From Phoronis australis (taxonomy: Eukaryota > Animalia > Phoronida): a stretch of 64,000 nucleotides of DNA. Location: NCBI GenBank assembly GCA_002633005.1, contig NMRA01000521.1, positions 7,446 to 71,445 of the forward strand, written 5' to 3'. Positions within the stretch are counted from its first letter, which is position 1. Each line of letters starts with the position of its first letter. The notes beneath the pieces are model-generated. The model had not been told where the DNA came from. It saw only the letters and a list, made by a program, of their open reading frames with translations, and did not search any database. Shown here piece by piece: positions 62,201 to 64,000 of the stretch. The position numbers and the translations under genes were made by a program.

Positions 62201-63461
62201 TAATTATTCATTATCATTATTAACAAAGTACTTATGAGAAAAAAAACGTAGTCATTTGCAACACATTAGGTACCTATGACCCGAGTCACTCACAGATACC
62301 TAAAGTTGAAAATCAGTTGTCACTACAGCTAAATGGCAACGTTATTGCATTTGTAAAACGGAAATGGTCTATACCTCTAATCCTGGAAACTGATCAGACT
62401 ACCCTAACCGAAACGAAAGCATGGAGTTTTCTATTATGTCTTGAGTTGTGATTTTGGAGTCTGAAGATGGTCTCCTTACATCCAGAAAGTCATTATCACC
62501 ATCGATATGCCGAATCACTGAAAACAGAGGACTTTAAATTTTGTGCCTTTAAAATAATAATCTGACATGTGAGCTCTTGGGTGAAAAAGCTATTCGATGT
62601 TACTCACGTTTGGGTCAAGCTCTTCTGCACTCGGCATATACCAGAAGCTTCCTTCCAGTCCATCAACATTAGATATAAGTTTGTCGTCGGTGAAATTAGG
62701 GTCACTCCCAGCAAGATTTCGTAAAACATCTTGAATAGCTGTGAGCGTATTGCAAAATGCAACAAAGTACACCCCCTCCTCTCTGGAAAGCCCAGTTTCA
62801 GATATCCCGTAGGGCAGTGACTGACGATACAGCTTAAAATGTACAAAAGAATCGAACACGCATGATTATTCTCAGATACAAATTCAGCATTCGCTGAACG
62901 TTACGACATATAATTTAGAAATAAGCAACTGTTACATAAGACTAACAAATTTAGTTGATTGCAGAAATACATGCTCCTGAGTTTTAAAGCGACATTCATG
63001 CACCATTTAATATAAACTTAGGGACAATTTATGTACATCAGATACTCGGTTATTATAAGACAGTTTGTGAAGCCACTTCATTCTTGTTGGTATTATGGGG
63101 GTTTTCATTATTTTATAGCTTGATTGAACCCGACGGGAAGATGTTTCTCAAATGATAGAATGCCTGGCAAAGTATTTACAGGTAGAGTAATCATATTGGT
63201 TGCGATGCCATCGAATGACAAAAATGAAAGATATCCTTTCTGTAACTTTTACACGAGATATATAGAAATGGTGTACCTTGTGGGCAACTTGTCCTTTCTC
63301 GTTTAAAACACGTGCTCTTTTAATGTGACTTCTTTCATCGTTCATCGGAATAATGCAGCCATTGACTTTTCGTCCAATCATGTCTTCCTTTTCATTCATT
63401 TGCATGTCATTGAGCAGACTCCATGAGAACTTAAACTTCTGGGTGAAGCAATAGGTACCTC
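47042..63461 (-). CDS. Spliced gene (>=14 exons, 5'-partial): DyP-type heme peroxidase fused to a glycyl radical enzyme (PFL-like) domain
   Basis: Exons 63461-63277, 62832-62608, 61478-61288, 58694-58451, 58189-57896, 56159-55974, 55787-55640, 53451-53153, 52588-52280, 52064-51855, 51003-50785, 49985-49774, 47774-47614, 47295-47042. All 13 introns are GT-AG and phase-compatible, giving 3137 nt without an internal stop. DyP motifs: GGTYCFTQKF, MIGRK, SHIKR, LYRQSLPYG, GVYFVAF, GSFWYMPS. GRE motifs: GHVVPD, ALGRLDQ, QVTLGG, GCYEP, GCKESGRDLSNGGA, GASADGR, RQGGW. Confidence 0.9.
47614..47774 (-). CDS. DyP-GRE exon (not represented in the ORF track)
   Basis: ttgcag|T GGT...A|gtaagt; GLKSWNNEVINKGFSNGAPVDLNI...GIGSNLLT. 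Confidence 0.85.
49774..49985 (-). CDS. DyP-GRE exon
   Basis: tcacag|ACT...AA|gtatgc; GASADGRRSGQPICSDFSP. Confidence 0.9.
50785..51003 (-). CDS. DyP-GRE exon
   Basis: ttttaag|TGT...AAG|gtaacc; CDWG...PRFGEGVDDIDQLG. Confidence 0.88.
51855..52064 (-). CDS. DyP-GRE exon
   Basis: ttaaag|TGG...AAG|gtatgc; PSSLLSTIIRGCKESGRDLSNGGA...NAIDSLYRIKQMVF. Confidence 0.9.
52280..52588 (-). CDS. DyP-GRE exon carrying the catalytic Cys loop
   Basis: gcttag|GTT...AAG|gtgaat; VPLSAARDYACDGCYEPMVTG; Cys codon 52549-52547. Confidence 0.9.
53153..53451 (-). CDS. DyP-GRE exon
   Basis: ttgtag|GA ATA...CAG|gtgaga; QQVTLGG...NELTLKFLKA...GGAHPIIFNDD. Confidence 0.9.
53597..55157 (+). mobile_element. HINE/Helentron-associated non-autonomous element spanning the assembly gap
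   Basis: 5' AACAAGAG; subterminal atgcgcccaca complementary to 3' tgtgggcgcat; (GACG)n at 55060-55107; 3' hairpin at 55123-55152 followed by an A run; the same 5' end occurs at about 48716. Confidence 0.6.
53865..54752. other. Assembly gap (888 N), intronic
   Basis: Run of N; the flanking exons join in frame (NFPQGG-G-INQW), so no exon appears to be lost. Confidence 0.98.
55640..55787 (-). CDS. DyP-GRE exon
   Basis: ttgcag|GAT...G|gtgagt; QDVIDAFCLKLSE...GNFPQGG. Confidence 0.85.
55974..56159 (-). CDS. DyP-GRE exon
   Basis: ttgtag|GTT...GAG|gtaaga; PPVTFTDAVQ...ALGRLDQILLPF. Confidence 0.88.
57896..58189 (-). CDS. DyP-GRE exon
   Basis: ttttcag|GTT...CAG|gtagcg; GHVVPDHGELVTKGIG...EFYNSALSSLEGV (GRE GH..PD motif). 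Confidence 0.88.
58451..58694 (-). CDS. DyP-GRE exon: start of the GRE barrel domain
   Basis: ctacag|A TGG...AAG|gtacgc; ...FRIFPDEIIVG matches the GRE N-terminal I.PDE.IVG motif. Confidence 0.85.
61288..61478 (-). CDS. DyP-GRE exon: aromatic-rich inter-domain linker
   Basis: tttcag|AGC (alternative in-frame acceptor giving a start at 61484); donor AG|gtatgt; SPGAPDLDLLEHWNVKPRTNRYMFYNSAEYMHRM...FAQWRN. Confidence 0.8.
62608..62832 (-). CDS. DyP-GRE exon: C-terminal part of the DyP domain (distal Arg)
   Basis: ttttaag|CTG...AAC|gtgagt; LYRQSLPYG...EGVYFVAFCNTL...DDKLISNVDGLEGSFWYMPSAEELDPN resembles the C-terminus of class B/P DyPs such as YfeX. Confidence 0.88.
63277..63461 (-). CDS. DyP-GRE exon: DyP domain with proximal His
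   Basis: ttttag|GA GGT...CAC AAG|gtacac; GTYCFTQKFKFSWSLLNDMQMNEKEDMIGRKVNGCIIPMNDERSHIKRARVLNEKGQVAHK; His codon 63327-63325. Confidence 0.85.
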
Positions 63462-63956
63462 CTAAAATAAAATATAGAAGAACAAGAGGTACAGTGCATG
63501 AGATAATGAAGCGGAAAGAAATTTAGGTTTGATGTATATGCAGCGTGAGGTTTATTGACAAAAACGTGGGCCAATGCTCTTGCTCGATTCCTCTGCACGA
63601 AGCCAAACTCATACGGATAACACATGTTAGTTAACCACCTGTGTGGTGAGCGGTGGCGTTTTGATGATTCTGTTCGTTACAAACAACCAAATTTTCAGTT
63701 ATCCTTTCAAATACTAATATTTTAAGGAAATGAAGAAATAGCTTGGTGAGTAGACACGTAACTTAACGTACTGCTCGCGGAGATAGTAGGACCTACTAGG
63801 GCATTAGCAGTACGGCGGTTGCTGTTTTGTCGCAAACCATTGTGAAAGCCAATGTCTCGTGGGTACAGCGTGACAGAAGAGACTGTTGTTGCACTTAATT
63901 AAAGAGATTGGGAACTTGCAACAAATACACGTGTGTGGAGGGAGTACGACGATTAC

Positions 63957-64000
63957 CTACGTGCAGATAAGTTGCCAAGATTTCCAAGCACAAAGCGGCC
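63957..64000 (-). CDS. Possible 3' end of the next upstream DyP exon (runs off the window)
   Basis: Phase-1 donor GTA G|gtaatc would give ...LHVG|GTYCF. The frame is open to the window edge but there is no diagnostic motif. Confidence 0.25.
   Translation of the reverse strand, partial: PLCAWKSWQLICT

Noticed and set aside
47042-63461. Bacterial contamination or a fragmented prokaryotic pseudogene
   Set aside because: The coding pieces are bounded by GT-AG sites with matching phases and join into one open frame.
63431-63625. ORF with FGFVQ resembling the DyP GFxDG motif
   Set aside because: No Asp-Gly, different frame from the true exon and no usable donor site; treated as intron.

Overview
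Eukaryotic, repeat-rich animal DNA (most likely a marine invertebrate; inferred, species not determinable) with an 888-N gap at 53865-54752. Two intron-containing genes were assembled by hand on the minus strand from GT-AG sites with consistent phases. (1) A gene with at least 14 exons (63461->47042, 5' end outside the window, about 1045 codons visible) encodes a DyP-type heme peroxidase domain fused in frame to a complete glycyl-radical-enzyme (PFL-like) domain. It keeps the Cys loop (ACDGCYEP) and has a variant Gly loop (RQGGW). No radical-SAM activase was recognised in the window. (2) A 7-exon gene (26605->7568, 374 aa) encodes a secreted signal peptide + PAN/Apple + FN3 + ILEI/GG-lectin protein. 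The rest is transposon debris (Penelope-like copies, THAP/Kolobok-like, Academ-like, solo-LTR-like, HINE-like, MITEs), hammerhead-like motifs and microsatellites. The DyP-GRE fusion is the candidate novel system.
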